Positions 29,942 to 40,436 of a stretch of DNA of 64,000 bases are shown here, piece after piece; the first letter of the stretch is position 1, and each line of letters starts with the position of its first letter. This stretch comes from Aquificaceae bacterium (GTDB lineage: Bacteria > Aquificota > Aquificia > Aquificales > Aquificaceae). The notes below the pieces were generated by a model, which had not been told where the DNA came from, made no database searches, and was given only the letters and a program-made list of their open reading frames with translations. The stretch is taken from the NCBI GenBank assembly GCA_037925075.1, contig JAXSNR010000001.1:32001-96000 (forward strand), read 5' to 3'. Made by a program: the position numbers and the translations under genes.

Positions 29942-30456
29942 AACCTTTCCTCTTCTTCTCTCTCCACGCTTATATCAACGCCCAAAGAGTCCCTTAGTTT
30001 CTCAAGTTCAAGCCTTAGCGTGCCTTCCATATCTTCCTTACCTTCCGCCTCTATAACCATCACATAAAGGCTTCCCCTCTTTTCTGTCCTGAGGTCGCTT
30101 ATGTTTAGTCCAAGCTTGGCAAGGGCTGACGCAACTCCATAAACTATGCCCGGCTTGTCGGAGCCAAAAACCACAATCCTATAAAGAGCCTCCGCCTGAG
30201 GATATACCACCTCTTCCAGTTCCCTGCATACCATAAAAAGCTCGTAGCTTTGTCCCACCTGTTGAAGATTTTGAAGTATGTCTTCCGCGGTTATGTCCCT
30301 TTCGGAGGATATTATTAGCATTATGGTAAATTCACCGTTTAGCCTTGTCATGGAAGAGTCCTCAAGGTTAAGCCCCATCTCATAAAGAGCCTTTGAAACT
30401 CCCGCGACTATGCCCGGCCTGTCTTTGCCGAAAAGGGAAAGGATAAAAAACTTCAT
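29938..30456 (-). CDS. Double-ACT domain protein (GcvR-like)
   Basis: GKDRPGIVA and GSDKPGIV ACT motifs. Confidence 0.85.
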   Translation of the reverse strand: MKFFILSLFGKDRPGIVAGVSKALYEMGLNLEDSSMTRLNGEFTIMLIISSERDITAEDILQNLQQVGQSYELFMVCRELEEVVYPQAEALYRIVVFGSDKPGIVYGVASALAKLGLNISDLRTEKRGSLYVMVIEAEGKEDMEGTLRLELEKLRDSLGVDISVEREEEERL

Positions 30457-30470
30457 GCTAAGATTTTAAT

Positions 30471-30782
30471 ATGGAAGAGCTCGAATTTCATATATCTGAG
30501 GTGGCAAAAATACTGGGTCTTGCACAGCCCATGGGTTTTATGCTTTCCTATGAGTTTGGAGACATATGGATAGACATCTATCTTGAAAAGACTTCAGAGG
30601 GGTGGTCTGGTAGGACATACACTATAAGCGTTCCCAAGGTAAAGGCGGACAAACTCAAAAGGCTTGTGGAAAGCATAGGGGGTTCATCCGAGGAGGTTAT
30701 GTCAGATTCCGACAGGGCTTATGTGAGCCTTTCTTACGAAGACTGGGAATCCGCAAGCCCTGTTATAATGAGCTTACTATGA
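30471..30782 (+). CDS. Hypothetical protein (103 aa)
   Basis: ATGA-coupled to the next gene; no recognised domain. Confidence 0.65.
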   Translation: MEELEFHISEVAKILGLAQPMGFMLSYEFGDIWIDIYLEKTSEGWSGRTYTISVPKVKADKLKRLVESIGGSSEEVMSDSDRAYVSLSYEDWESASPVIMSLL

Positions 30783-31657
30783 GGGTTGGCTTTATAGGAC
30801 TTGGAAGCTTGGGAAAGGCTATAGCGAAAAGACTTTTAGAACAAGGCGTGGAGCTTTTAGTATGGAACAGGACAAAGGAAAAGGCTTTTGAATTGGGTCT
30901 TCCTGTGGCAAACAGCCCTGCGGAGCTAATAAAAGAAGTGGATAGGGTCTTTCTTATAGTTTTTGACTCTCAGGCTTCTGAGGAGGTGATCTTTGGTAAA
31001 GATGGGTTGGTCATGGGTGGAATTGAGGGGAAAACCGTAATAGATATGACCACAAACCACTACGCCTATGCCCGTATGGCTTACGAGGAGTTAAAAAAAC
31101 TTGGTGCCTACTACCTTGATGCTCCAATACTTGGAAGCGTGGTGCCAGCCCAAAGGGGTGAGCTAACAGTCCTTGTGGGGGGAGACAGAGAAAAGTTTGA
31201 AGAGAATAAGCCCATATTTGAAAAGTTCTGTAAAAACATCTTTTATGTGGGTAAGGCTGGGGATGCCAGTAGGCTAAAACTTATAAACAACATGGTACTT
31301 GGTGGCTTTATGCAAGTGCTTTCCGAAGCCATAGCCATCGGGGAGCTTGCGGGCTTTGACAGGGAGCTTCTAATACAGGTCCTTGAAAGTGGTGCGGGGA
31401 AATCTTACCTTTTGGAGGTGAAAAGGAAAAAGCTTCTTGAAAGGGACTATTCGGTGCATTTTTCCGTGGACCTTATACACAAGGACCTTCATTATGCGGA
31501 GGATATGATAAAGAACTTGGGAGCCTTTAGTTTTTCTGTACAAAATGTGAAAAATGCCTATGCCCTTGCAAAGTATTTAGGAATGGGGGGAGAGGACTTT
31601 TCGGTCCTCGTAGAGTTGTATAAAAGGCTCAAAGCTCAAAGTCCCTCAGATACTTAG
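30779..31657 (+). CDS. Beta-hydroxyacid dehydrogenase family NAD(P) oxidoreductase
   Basis: [29 protein letters not shown]. Confidence 0.88.
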   Translation: MRVGFIGLGSLGKAIAKRLLEQGVELLVWNRTKEKAFELGLPVANSPAELIKEVDRVFLIVFDSQASEEVIFGKDGLVMGGIEGKTVIDMTTNHYAYARMAYEELKKLGAYYLDAPILGSVVPAQRGELTVLVGGDREKFEENKPIFEKFCKNIFYVGKAGDASRLKLINNMVLGGFMQVLSEAIAIGELAGFDRELLIQVLESGAGKSYLLEVKRKKLLERDYSVHFSVDLIHKDLHYAEDMIKNLGAFSFSVQNVKNAYALAKYLGMGGEDFSVLVELYKRLKAQSPSDT

Positions 31658-33341
31658 CCCTTGCGGGGTGCCTTAGCTTTCTTATGGCTTTTGTTTCAAG
31701 CTGTCTTATCCTCTCCCTTGTTACGTTAAACATCTTTCCTATCTGTTCAAGGGTGTATTCTATACCATCCACAAGGCCATATCTGTACATGAGTATTTCC
31801 TTTTCCTTTTCTCCAAGAGTGCTAAGCACCTTTATAAGCTGTTCTCTAAGAAGCTTTCTTGAAACCTGCTCCTCTGGGGATGGCACGCTCTTGTCCTCTA
31901 TGAAGTCCCTTAGGTGGGTTTCTTCGTCATCTCCTATGGGTGTTTCAAGGGATATAGGCTCTTGGGAGACTCTCATCACCTTTCTTGCCTTCTCTGGTGA
32001 TATGCCAAGGTGCTTGGCTATTTCTTCTGCGGTGGGTTCCCTGCCAAGCTCCTGAAAGAGCTTTTTGTGAGCTTTGGTGATATCGTTTATGGTTTCTATC
32101 ATATGTACAGGTATGCGTATGGTTCTTGCCTGATCCGCTATCGCCCTTGTTATCGCCTGACGTATCCACCATGTGGCATAGGTGGAAAACTTGTAGCCCT
32201 TTCTGTAGTCGTATTTGTCCACCGCCTTCATAAGCCCTATGTTGCCCTCTTGTATAAGGTCAAGGAAGTGAAGACCTCTATTTACATACTTTTTGGCTAT
32301 GGAAACCACAAGCCTTAGGTTGCACTTGACCATAACCTGCTTTGCCTGTGTTACCTTTGTCCTTCCCTCTCTTATTATGTGCATAACTCTTTGAAGCTCT
32401 TCGGGAAGTATGCCCATCTCACGTTTTAGGTCTTCTATTTCCTTTTTGAGTGTAAGATACTCATCTCTAAGCATTTGAAACCTTGCAAAGCCATAGCCTG
32501 CCCTTTCTGCCTTTTTCTGTAAGGTGGTGTCTTGGTGGTATTTTTGTATAAGCTCCTCTATGTTTGGGTGGATGCTTTCCAGTTTCTTTTTCCTTACTTC
32601 AAATTCTTTGAGCTTCTTTGTGTATTTGTTGTAAAGGTTCAAAAGTTCATCCGCAATTCTTTCGAACTTAGAGTGTTTTAGCTTCATGTCTTTTAGAATT
32701 CTGTTCATTTTTGCATGTCTTCTGAGATATTCCTTTTTGTACTCTGGCGTTGCGTATAAAAGGTAAGCGTCCCTCCAGTAGATGGCTTCTTTGTATGCCT
32801 TTGCCAGGTCAAGTCCTTTTTCTATAAAGTACCTTTCTAAATGCTCGTGGCTTTCTTCGTACTCCTCAAGGGTTTTACTTTCATCCACCGTATCCATAAG
32901 ATCACTAGCTTTTAGCTTGCCGTTGCATACCTCCCCCCAGTCTCTAAGCACTCTGTCTATAAGAAAAGAAGTCCTCAAAAGCCCTCTTCTCATTATCTTT
33001 CTTCCTATCTCTATCTGTCTTGCGTACATTATCTCCTCTTCCCTTTTGAGAAGCGGTATCTTGCCCATGTCTTTCAGATATAGCCTTACAGGGTCTCCGT
33101 CTTTACCAGTAAGAAGTAGGCTTTCGGTGGATACGGTAAAGGCATCCTCCTTTTCTACTTCCTCTGTTGCTTCTTCCGTTTCTACTATCTTTACACCTCT
33201 CTCCTGAAGAAAGTCCATTATCTCTTCGTAAAGCTCCGTATCCACAAGCTCCGGACCAAGAAGCTCATTAATTTCATCATAGGTCACATAGCCCTTTTCA
33301 CTGACCTCAATCAGCTTTTTCATAAGCTGTTTGTAGAGCAT
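31629..33341 (-). CDS. rpoD: RNA polymerase primary sigma factor
   Basis: Region 1.1 [49 protein letters not shown]. Confidence 0.97.
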   Translation of the reverse strand: MLYKQLMKKLIEVSEKGYVTYDEINELLGPELVDTELYEEIMDFLQERGVKIVETEEATEEVEKEDAFTVSTESLLLTGKDGDPVRLYLKDMGKIPLLKREEEIMYARQIEIGRKIMRRGLLRTSFLIDRVLRDWGEVCNGKLKASDLMDTVDESKTLEEYEESHEHLERYFIEKGLDLAKAYKEAIYWRDAYLLYATPEYKKEYLRRHAKMNRILKDMKLKHSKFERIADELLNLYNKYTKKLKEFEVRKKKLESIHPNIEELIQKYHQDTTLQKKAERAGYGFARFQMLRDEYLTLKKEIEDLKREMGILPEELQRVMHIIREGRTKVTQAKQVMVKCNLRLVVSIAKKYVNRGLHFLDLIQEGNIGLMKAVDKYDYRKGYKFSTYATWWIRQAITRAIADQARTIRIPVHMIETINDITKAHKKLFQELGREPTAEEIAKHLGISPEKARKVMRVSQEPISLETPIGDDEETHLRDFIEDKSVPSPEEQVSRKLLREQLIKVLSTLGEKEKEILMYRYGLVDGIEYTLEQIGKMFNVTRERIRQLETKAIRKLRHPARAKYLRDFEL

Positions 33342-33387
33342 CTAAAACCTCCTGTCGCAGGGTACTTTTATCTCCATAACTTTGTAA

Positions 33388-33416
33388 AATATACTCATAC
33401 CTTTTGGGTCTGGCAA
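33388..33416 (-). promoter_or_regulatory. Probable rpoD promoter
   Basis: TTGCCA, 17 bp, TATATT; SD AGGAGG before the ATG. Confidence 0.6.
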
Positions 33417-33445
33417 CTCAGATTGGGGTATAAGGTTATGGCAAC

Positions 33446-36400
33446 CTAAGACCTTTGGGCTTCTTCTATTATTTTTATTTCTTCCTTTGTTAGACCATAG
33501 AGCCTATAAACCAGCTCATCTATTTCCCTTTCCCACTCGGTGGTGTCCGCCTCTGGGTTTTGCTTTTTGGTGGTGATGATTTTATCCACTAAGGCGGATA
33601 TGTGGTCTGCTATGTGCTGGTTTTCGGGGGTGATGGGGGGTAGGGGAAGATTTATTAAAAACGCTTTTTTATATCTGTATCCTTCCTCTCCTAATCCACC
33701 ACCAGAATACCACTTTTTAAAAAAGTAAGCTACAGGCATGGAATTTAGCAATCCGCAAAGGTATTTAACATTCTTACCTGTCATTAAAAACGCCGTGGCT
33801 TCAACATAAAATTTTTCAGTATCATAATAAAATTGTGGTTTATGAACAATCTCCGAATACATCACCTTCTCCTTTTCAAACTCGTGGTAGTAAGCAATTT
33901 GGTCTTGCGTCTCAAACCATTTATTACCTGTCTTTTTTCGTGCATTGAAGCCAAGTTTTGGATATTTCTTTCCAGATTGTTCTAATTGGCGTATGTCAAA
34001 ATTGCTTAAAAAGTATTCTTTCAAAGCGGGGTAATCTTCAATGTCCAAATGCAAAGCTGGGAATGTCCCTATTATCCACAGCCCCGCCCACTCGTAATAA
34101 TACCTTTTAATATCCCTGCCCCTTAGGATTGGCTTGATAATAGCGGATGTGCGTTTTCTTTCTTCTTCATCCCTGCAATTCGCCAGTATTTCATTTCGCT
34201 TTTCTGTGGTGATTATAAAAGCTTCGTTCAAGCCTGTTAGTATGCCACGATAAATCTTCACATCCCACTCCTTTAAAGGCTTGCCCATTTGCTCTATCTT
34301 CTCTTTTAGCCTTTGCTCTGCGGTAGAACCTATAAACCATGGACCTTTATCCAGCTTTTCAAGGATTAAATACCAAGCTATTCTCGTTAGGTTTAGCATC
34401 ATTTCAGTAATTACCTTCTCTTTTGGTATTGAAAGCTCTCCTCTTATGTTTAGCCCTCTTTCAAGAACTATAGGTTCCTTAAGGGTCAAAGCCTTTAGGT
34501 TAAACTTGTCCGCCTTTGCCTTTTGGATTGTAAGGATGTTAGTATCCACCGTGCTACTTTCAAAAACACCGGGTCCTAAATCAATGAGTAAAACAGGGTT
34601 GTATTTGGTAAAGAATTCCCTTAGCTTTTCACCATAGCCTGCACGCATCCACTTGTTGGAAGTTATAAAGCAAAGGTATCCATTGGGTTTTAGTATCTTT
34701 ATGCCCTGCTCGTAGAAAAGCACATACACATCACCTCTTCTGTCAAAGGTTTCATATCCCTGATCCTTGTACCTCTTAGCAAGCTTGCCACCATCCTTTT
34801 GAAGTTGAACATACGGCGGATTTCCTATCACAATATCAAATCCATCCTCCACTCCAAACATCCACTCAGGGTCAAACCAGTCCGCTCTATCAAGCTGGTC
34901 AAAGATATCAAAGCGCACTATTTTTTCCACATCTTCACTTTTCCAACCAAGCTTGGTTAATATTTCCTTCATTTCCTCCCTTATCCTTCTGGCTTCCTTC
35001 TGGATTTTCTTTTTCTCTTCCCTTTCCCTTATGGAAAAGTGCTTTTTATAAAGCTCCTTTAACTTCTCCTTCAGCCCTGATAAAGCCTGATCTCCAAAAT
35101 TCAGTTGTTTGTTATTTTCAATCCCTATCAGAAAATCCGCACACACAAAGTTTGTCTCCAAGTGTGGAAGTGGCATTATGCCATAGTTTTCCGCCTGTGG
35201 GTCTATCTTCTGGTCTATAAGAAGAGATAGGAAAAACCTTAGCTTGCATATCTGCACCGCTATGTTTTGTATATCCACTCCATATATTGAGTTTTGTATT
35301 AGGTAAAGCTTTCTTGCGTAGTCTGGATATTTAGTTTTTTCGCTAAAGTTTTCGCTTAGCTCCTTTAACAGCTCTCTTCTTTCTTGTTCATCTTTTGTTC
35401 TATTAAAAATCTCCTCCACTTCTTTTAATGCCTTTCTCCTCTGAATGTATTTCCATTTTGTGTTGTCCTTGTCAATCCTACTTAAAAGATGTACAAGCTT
35501 GTGAAGAACGCCCATAGGAAAGGCACCGGAGCCTACCGCAGGGTCTAAGATTTTAAGCTGGTCAATAACGAATATAAGTGTGTCCTTTTCTTCTTCGGTA
35601 AGCTGGACTTCTTCCTCTGAATAGGATAGCAATTTTCTTAGTTTTTCCTCTTCTATTGTTGTGTGGGTTTTGAAGTATTGCACAAGGACTTCTTCAGCCA
35701 TAAAATCCACTACTTCCTTGGGAGTGTAGTAGGAGCCTGTTTGCTTTCTTGCGGTTGTCTTTGTCTCTTCATTATACACCGCAAGAAGATTTTCAAAGAT
35801 GTGTCCCAAAAGCTCTGGGTCAAGGGATACTTCCACATCCACAGGCGATGACTCGTCGGCGGTAAAGTTGTAGTCTTTTAGGATGTTTATAAGTCCTCTA
35901 ACTCTTTCAACCTTTTTCTCTCCATAAAAGTGGGATAGGTCTTCGTATCTTTCTGATGAGAAAAACAGATAGTCAGGGATTTTTGCCCTCTTGCTTTCGT
36001 TTCTTGAAAAACCATCCACATAATTTTTATCGTCATCAAGGCACTCAAACAAGCCACCGTTTATAAAGGGAACCTTTTCAAAAAGCCTTATGAACTCTTC
36101 CTTTGGGATTTTCAAAAACTTTTCGTATCTAAAAAGGCTCTTAACACCAAACTCCTTTATATTGGCTGGATAGCCCTTATCTTCCGCAAATTTCCTGTCC
36201 TTTATAGGTCTGTTTAGGGTTGCAAAAAACAGGTTTTGGAGAATTACATTGTAGTAATGGTCTTTTTCCCCAAAGTCTTTTACTATCTCCCTTAGGCTCA
36301 TTTCATCAAAAATTTCCTGTGGGACGAGCGACTTTTCCTTCAAAAACCATACAAAAATAAGCCTTGTTAAAAGCCTTATAAGGTTTTCTTCCTTAGTCCC

Positions 36401-36988
36401 TCCGGGAAAATACGCATTTTCCTTCAAAGCCCATGCGTACCAGTTTTGGATTTCCTTGTAAAACTCCTTTATGAGTGGCTTTACAGAAAAGGCTTGCTTT
36501 ATGCTCTCAAGGTCCTTTAGCTCAATCTCCATCAAAGCCTTTTTGAAAGTGCGGTAAGGCTTTCCCCTTTGCACATAGTAGGTATATCTCTTGTAATGGT
36601 TATACTTTTTCTTTGTGCCTTTATATTCCGCATAGACAAGTGAAAATCTAAAGTTTTTATTCTCATCATAAAACACAAAAAAGCCCGCATCAAAAAACTC
36701 AGAAGACAAAAGATATTTTGCTAATTGAAATTGCTTTACTTTGCTTGTCCTTTCTGTAAGCTCACCAGCATATTTTATGGTAAAAACACAAAAATCAGTA
36801 TCATCTTCTAACTTAACCTTACCAATAAGGGTTATCTCTCCAAACTCCTTAAACTTATCTTTATCTTCAAGCTCATATTTTTCATCAAAAAGCTCAAAGT
36901 TTTTGTTTTTTATACTTATAAAATCCCGTAAGGTTTCGGGTGAAAAGTTTTCAATTAGCTCATCAATCTTATTGTCCACCTCGCCCAT
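33446..36988 (-). CDS. Type IIG (Eco57I-like) N6-adenine methyltransferase with TaqI-like C-terminal specificity domain
   Basis: GSYYTP, motif I LDPAVGSGAF, IYGVDI, motif IV IGNPPY, C-terminal EIDELVYRLYGLT. Confidence 0.9.
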   Translation of the reverse strand: MGEVDNKIDELIENFSPETLRDFISIKNKNFELFDEKYELEDKDKFKEFGEITLIGKVKLEDDTDFCVFTIKYAGELTERTSKVKQFQLAKYLLSSEFFDAGFFVFYDENKNFRFSLVYAEYKGTKKKYNHYKRYTYYVQRGKPYRTFKKALMEIELKDLESIKQAFSVKPLIKEFYKEIQNWYAWALKENAYFPGGTKEENLIRLLTRLIFVWFLKEKSLVPQEIFDEMSLREIVKDFGEKDHYYNVILQNLFFATLNRPIKDRKFAEDKGYPANIKEFGVKSLFRYEKFLKIPKEEFIRLFEKVPFINGGLFECLDDDKNYVDGFSRNESKRAKIPDYLFFSSERYEDLSHFYGEKKVERVRGLINILKDYNFTADESSPVDVEVSLDPELLGHIFENLLAVYNEETKTTARKQTGSYYTPKEVVDFMAEEVLVQYFKTHTTIEEEKLRKLLSYSEEEVQLTEEEKDTLIFVIDQLKILDPAVGSGAFPMGVLHKLVHLLSRIDKDNTKWKYIQRRKALKEVEEIFNRTKDEQERRELLKELSENFSEKTKYPDYARKLYLIQNSIYGVDIQNIAVQICKLRFFLSLLIDQKIDPQAENYGIMPLPHLETNFVCADFLIGIENNKQLNFGDQALSGLKEKLKELYKKHFSIREREEKKKIQKEARRIREEMKEILTKLGWKSEDVEKIVRFDIFDQLDRADWFDPEWMFGVEDGFDIVIGNPPYVQLQKDGGKLAKRYKDQGYETFDRRGDVYVLFYEQGIKILKPNGYLCFITSNKWMRAGYGEKLREFFTKYNPVLLIDLGPGVFESSTVDTNILTIQKAKADKFNLKALTLKEPIVLERGLNIRGELSIPKEKVITEMMLNLTRIAWYLILEKLDKGPWFIGSTAEQRLKEKIEQMGKPLKEWDVKIYRGILTGLNEAFIITTEKRNEILANCRDEEERKRTSAIIKPILRGRDIKRYYYEWAGLWIIGTFPALHLDIEDYPALKEYFLSNFDIRQLEQSGKKYPKLGFNARKKTGNKWFETQDQIAYYHEFEKEKVMYSEIVHKPQFYYDTEKFYVEATAFLMTGKNVKYLCGLLNSMPVAYFFKKWYSGGGLGEEGYRYKKAFLINLPLPPITPENQHIADHISALVDKIITTKKQNPEADTTEWEREIDELVYRLYGLTKEEIKIIEEAQRS

Positions 36989-36991
36989 CTT

Positions 36992-39900
36992 CTACTCCCT
37001 TCGGTTTTCTATTGCTATTATAACCTCTTCTTCAAGTTCCTTTTTTGATTTTACCTTTTCAAGAAAGTCATCCCCCAGCTTTTCCTTAAGGCTATTTATC
37101 TTTTCTTTCAAAGAGTTTATATTACCTTTTTTGTAATCTTCCTCCCAATCAACTATAACAGACAAAGCGTATTCTGATAGCGTGCCATAGTCTTTTATAT
37201 CCTCTATCAAAGCGGAAATAAAAGGTTCATATTCCTTTAGCCTTTCATCTTTCTTGAGACTTTTCAAAAGATTAAAAGCCCTCCTTTCTCTATCTTGCCC
37301 TGCCTTACCAATTTTCTTTGCTTTGTATTCTTTTCTATTAATATTCTCGTAGTCCTCCCAAGCCCTTTTGCTAAATTCAAGGGTTGGAGTATCCTTATCC
37401 GCCTTTATCTTCTCATATACATCTTCAAAGGAAACCACATAGGGCTTTTCGTCTTTATCGTAGTTTTTGTATAAAACAAACAAGTCTTTACCTCTTTTTA
37501 TAAACACGCATAGCTCCTCTTCCGTGCTGGGCTTTGCGGTCTTAACTCTGTTTGGTATGTCCTCTATTGCTTCTTCAATTTCCGGTGATTGCTCCTTAAT
37601 CCTTTCGTATTCTTTCCTTATCTTTGTAAAAAAGCTTTCCTCCTCTTCTGGCAAGGTGGTTAGCCTTCTGTAAAGCTCGGACGGCTGGGGCTTTTCATCG
37701 GGATGGAAGATTTTGGCATCCTCTCCCAGAACTTGATGTATCATAAACATCTTCTCTTGGGCTATCTCCCTTGACTTTACAATATCTGCCCCCTTTTCCG
37801 TGGGGAAGAAATGCACTATGTAGATTTTGTCATACACCTTTTTGCCTATCCTGTTAATCCTTCCCACTCTTTGAATAACTCTAACAGGGTTAAAGGGAAT
37901 GTCGTAGTTTATCACCACCCCAGCCCTGTTTAGGTTAAAGCCTTCTGAAAGCTTGTCTGTGGTCAAAAGAATTTGGTACTTGTCTTCTTGCTCCTTAGCT
38001 TGTGCATCAAAGTTTTTGTAAATGGCTTCTGAAACTTGTTTTGATAGGTTGCCATAGGCGGTAAGCAAAATATTCCCAAACCTTTCCCTTAATATACCTT
38101 CAAGATATTTTGCGGTATCCACATACTCCGTGAATATAACCACCTTTCTTTTTTCTCTTAGCCACTTTTCTATTTCCTCAATGAGCTTCTGAGCTTTTGG
38201 ATCGTTCTCATCAAGCCCATAAAATTCAAAACCTTGTATAAGCTCTTCAAAAAGCTCTTTGTCCTTTCTTAGGTCCTCCAAAAAGCCTTTGAGACTGCTA
38301 ATCTCATATACCTTGTGATATTTGCTGTCTTTTTTTAGCTCCTGTAGGGATTTTTTGTATTCATCCAAAAGCTCATTGACTCTGTCTTCGTCCTCCTCGC
38401 TTACTAACTCCTCCATCATATCCCTGTCAAGGATAAACTTTCCTGTTTTTTCCACAAACTCAAGGGCAAGCTCATGAACCTCTTTGAACCTCTTTATGCT
38501 CTCCTTAAAGGCACCAAAGCTACTTTCAAACCTTTTGACCAAAAGCCTCCTCATAAAGTGGTAAAGGCTTTGCTGGGATGTGTAGGTAAAGTCTTCTGTC
38601 TCTTCTTCTTTTCTATCTTCGTATCTGGCAGGGAAGTATAGGGCACCTCTGAAATCTCCCCCCTCATCATAGGGTAAAAAGGCGTCAATGACATCTTCGT
38701 AGAACTTAAGCTGATCTTTGGTAAGCTCAAAGAACACCTCTATTGGGTTTTCCACCTCTGGAAAATCTACCTTTTCTCCATAATACTTTAGGTCAAGGCG
38801 GTTTCTCCTTATGGTTACTGGCTCAATAATCTTCCTCATTCCGTCCGCTATCTTCTTTATTTCTCCTCTTACCTTTTTAAGCTCTTCCTCTCCTATTCCT
38901 CTCCTATCTTCCTTAAAAACTTCTTTGTAGTATTTTAGAACCTTTTCTCTTTTCTTCTCATCCTTTGAGTTTGCGTATCTTATGATGTAGGAAAGCTTGT
39001 TAAAGCTTCTTTGGTATTTTTCAAACACTTGGGAAAGGTCTTCATCATAAACAAGGCTGGACTTTTTAGGCACATCAAAAAGCTTCAAAAGGGCAAAAAT
39101 GTCCGATGGCTTGTTGTTAAAGGGCGTGGCGGTCAAAAGAATTACCTTTTTGCCCCTACATATCTCCCTAAGGTAGTGGTATCTTTGGGTAAGCTCGTTT
39201 CTAAACCTGTGGGCTTCATCCACGATTACCACTTCAAAATCCCCTCGTTCTTTCACCAGCTCCAAAGCAGTATCTAACTTGCCTATGGAAAAGACTTTCC
39301 AACCATAAAGCTCAAAGTCTTCTATATACTTCCGCCATCCATACTTTCCCATTTCGTCCCCCATAAGATGTGGCGGGCATATAACTATGCCTTTCTTACC
39401 AAGAAGATGGGCGGTAAGGCTCGCTATAACACTTTTGCCAAGCCCCACCACATCCGCTATTATGACGCCGTTGTGGTATTCACAATTCTGAACTGCCTGT
39501 GCCACCGCTTCTATCTGATAGGCATAGGGCTTGTAGCCAATTTCTTCCATAAAAGTCCTTATGTCCTTTTCAAGCTTGCCTTCTTGTAGCTGTATGTATG
39601 TCCTTAGCAAATACGCATAGGCTTGAAAAGGTGTAATGTCGCTAAAGATGGTTTGCCTTTTAATTACCTCTATTACATGTGATTTATCAATCTCAATGGC
39701 GTCCTTCCAACGCTCATCAAAATACTTCTCTACTTCCACAAATCCATAATCCTTTATCTCTACATTGAACTCCTCTTGGGACTCAAGCCCAAACTTTGTT
39801 AGATTGCTACTTCCTGTAATAAAAAAGCCTTCTCCACCAAGCAAATCTCTATAATCTTCCTTCACCTTAAAGATGTATAGCTTTGCATGGTTTGGCTTTT

Positions 39901-40270
39901 TTGTCTTTTTCAGGATTAGTTTATTCTCCTCTACAAGCTTTATGAAAAACTCAACTTGCTCGTACGCTTCCTTACTATCAAACTCCGCGGAAGTGAAAGC
40001 TGTCCGTAGGGAATGATAAAAGTCTTCCGCTCCCGCCTTAGGCACCTCATAAAGCCCATAGGCAGACCTATCCACTCCAAGCCCCACCAAAACCTTTATA
40101 TGCCCATCTTTAAGCTTTCCCTTCTCATACAGATTTTTTAGCTCCTCGTAAAGCCCCCCGACACCAGAAAAATAGAAATATCCCACTAAAATTTTGATCT
40201 CCTTGCTGTACCTTATAAGTTTCCTTAACCTTTCCCCTAAGGTCTTCTCTCCCGAATTGGTAATAAACAT
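36992..40270 (-). CDS. PLD-nuclease / SNF2-type helicase fusion
   Basis: PLD motifs HAKLYIF..GSSNLT..EFNV; ADVVGLGKS, DEAHRF, TATP, SEGFNL, QRVGRINR. Confidence 0.9.
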   Translation of the reverse strand: MFITNSGEKTLGERLRKLIRYSKEIKILVGYFYFSGVGGLYEELKNLYEKGKLKDGHIKVLVGLGVDRSAYGLYEVPKAGAEDFYHSLRTAFTSAEFDSKEAYEQVEFFIKLVEENKLILKKTKKPNHAKLYIFKVKEDYRDLLGGEGFFITGSSNLTKFGLESQEEFNVEIKDYGFVEVEKYFDERWKDAIEIDKSHVIEVIKRQTIFSDITPFQAYAYLLRTYIQLQEGKLEKDIRTFMEEIGYKPYAYQIEAVAQAVQNCEYHNGVIIADVVGLGKSVIASLTAHLLGKKGIVICPPHLMGDEMGKYGWRKYIEDFELYGWKVFSIGKLDTALELVKERGDFEVVIVDEAHRFRNELTQRYHYLREICRGKKVILLTATPFNNKPSDIFALLKLFDVPKKSSLVYDEDLSQVFEKYQRSFNKLSYIIRYANSKDEKKREKVLKYYKEVFKEDRRGIGEEELKKVRGEIKKIADGMRKIIEPVTIRRNRLDLKYYGEKVDFPEVENPIEVFFELTKDQLKFYEDVIDAFLPYDEGGDFRGALYFPARYEDRKEEETEDFTYTSQQSLYHFMRRLLVKRFESSFGAFKESIKRFKEVHELALEFVEKTGKFILDRDMMEELVSEEDEDRVNELLDEYKKSLQELKKDSKYHKVYEISSLKGFLEDLRKDKELFEELIQGFEFYGLDENDPKAQKLIEEIEKWLREKRKVVIFTEYVDTAKYLEGILRERFGNILLTAYGNLSKQVSEAIYKNFDAQAKEQEDKYQILLTTDKLSEGFNLNRAGVVINYDIPFNPVRVIQRVGRINRIGKKVYDKIYIVHFFPTEKGADIVKSREIAQEKMFMIHQVLGEDAKIFHPDEKPQPSELYRRLTTLPEEEESFFTKIRKEYERIKEQSPEIEEAIEDIPNRVKTAKPSTEEELCVFIKRGKDLFVLYKNYDKDEKPYVVSFEDVYEKIKADKDTPTLEFSKRAWEDYENINRKEYKAKKIGKAGQDRERRAFNLLKSLKKDERLKEYEPFISALIEDIKDYGTLSEYALSVIVDWEEDYKKGNINSLKEKINSLKEKLGDDFLEKVKSKKELEEEVIIAIENRRE

Positions 40271-40313
40271 GCCAATTATTTTACTATCCTGAATATATCC
40301 TCTAAGCTTCTTC
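40256..40313. repeat. Composite junction: repeat B (40256-40285) plus repeat A (40283-40313)
   Basis: B is identical to 41455-41484 (30 bp); A matches the nitroreductase 3' end 43859-43889 (31 bp, 1 mismatch). Confidence 0.9.
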
Positions 40314-40436
40314 CCAACTATAACATTTTGACTTCTTTAAAGAAATTTTTTCCGAAAGTTGAAGTTGCATCAAAGAAAACAAAAAACACTCATTAAAAAG
40401 TAGAAGCGGAAAAATCTTCGCAAATTTTACTTAAAC

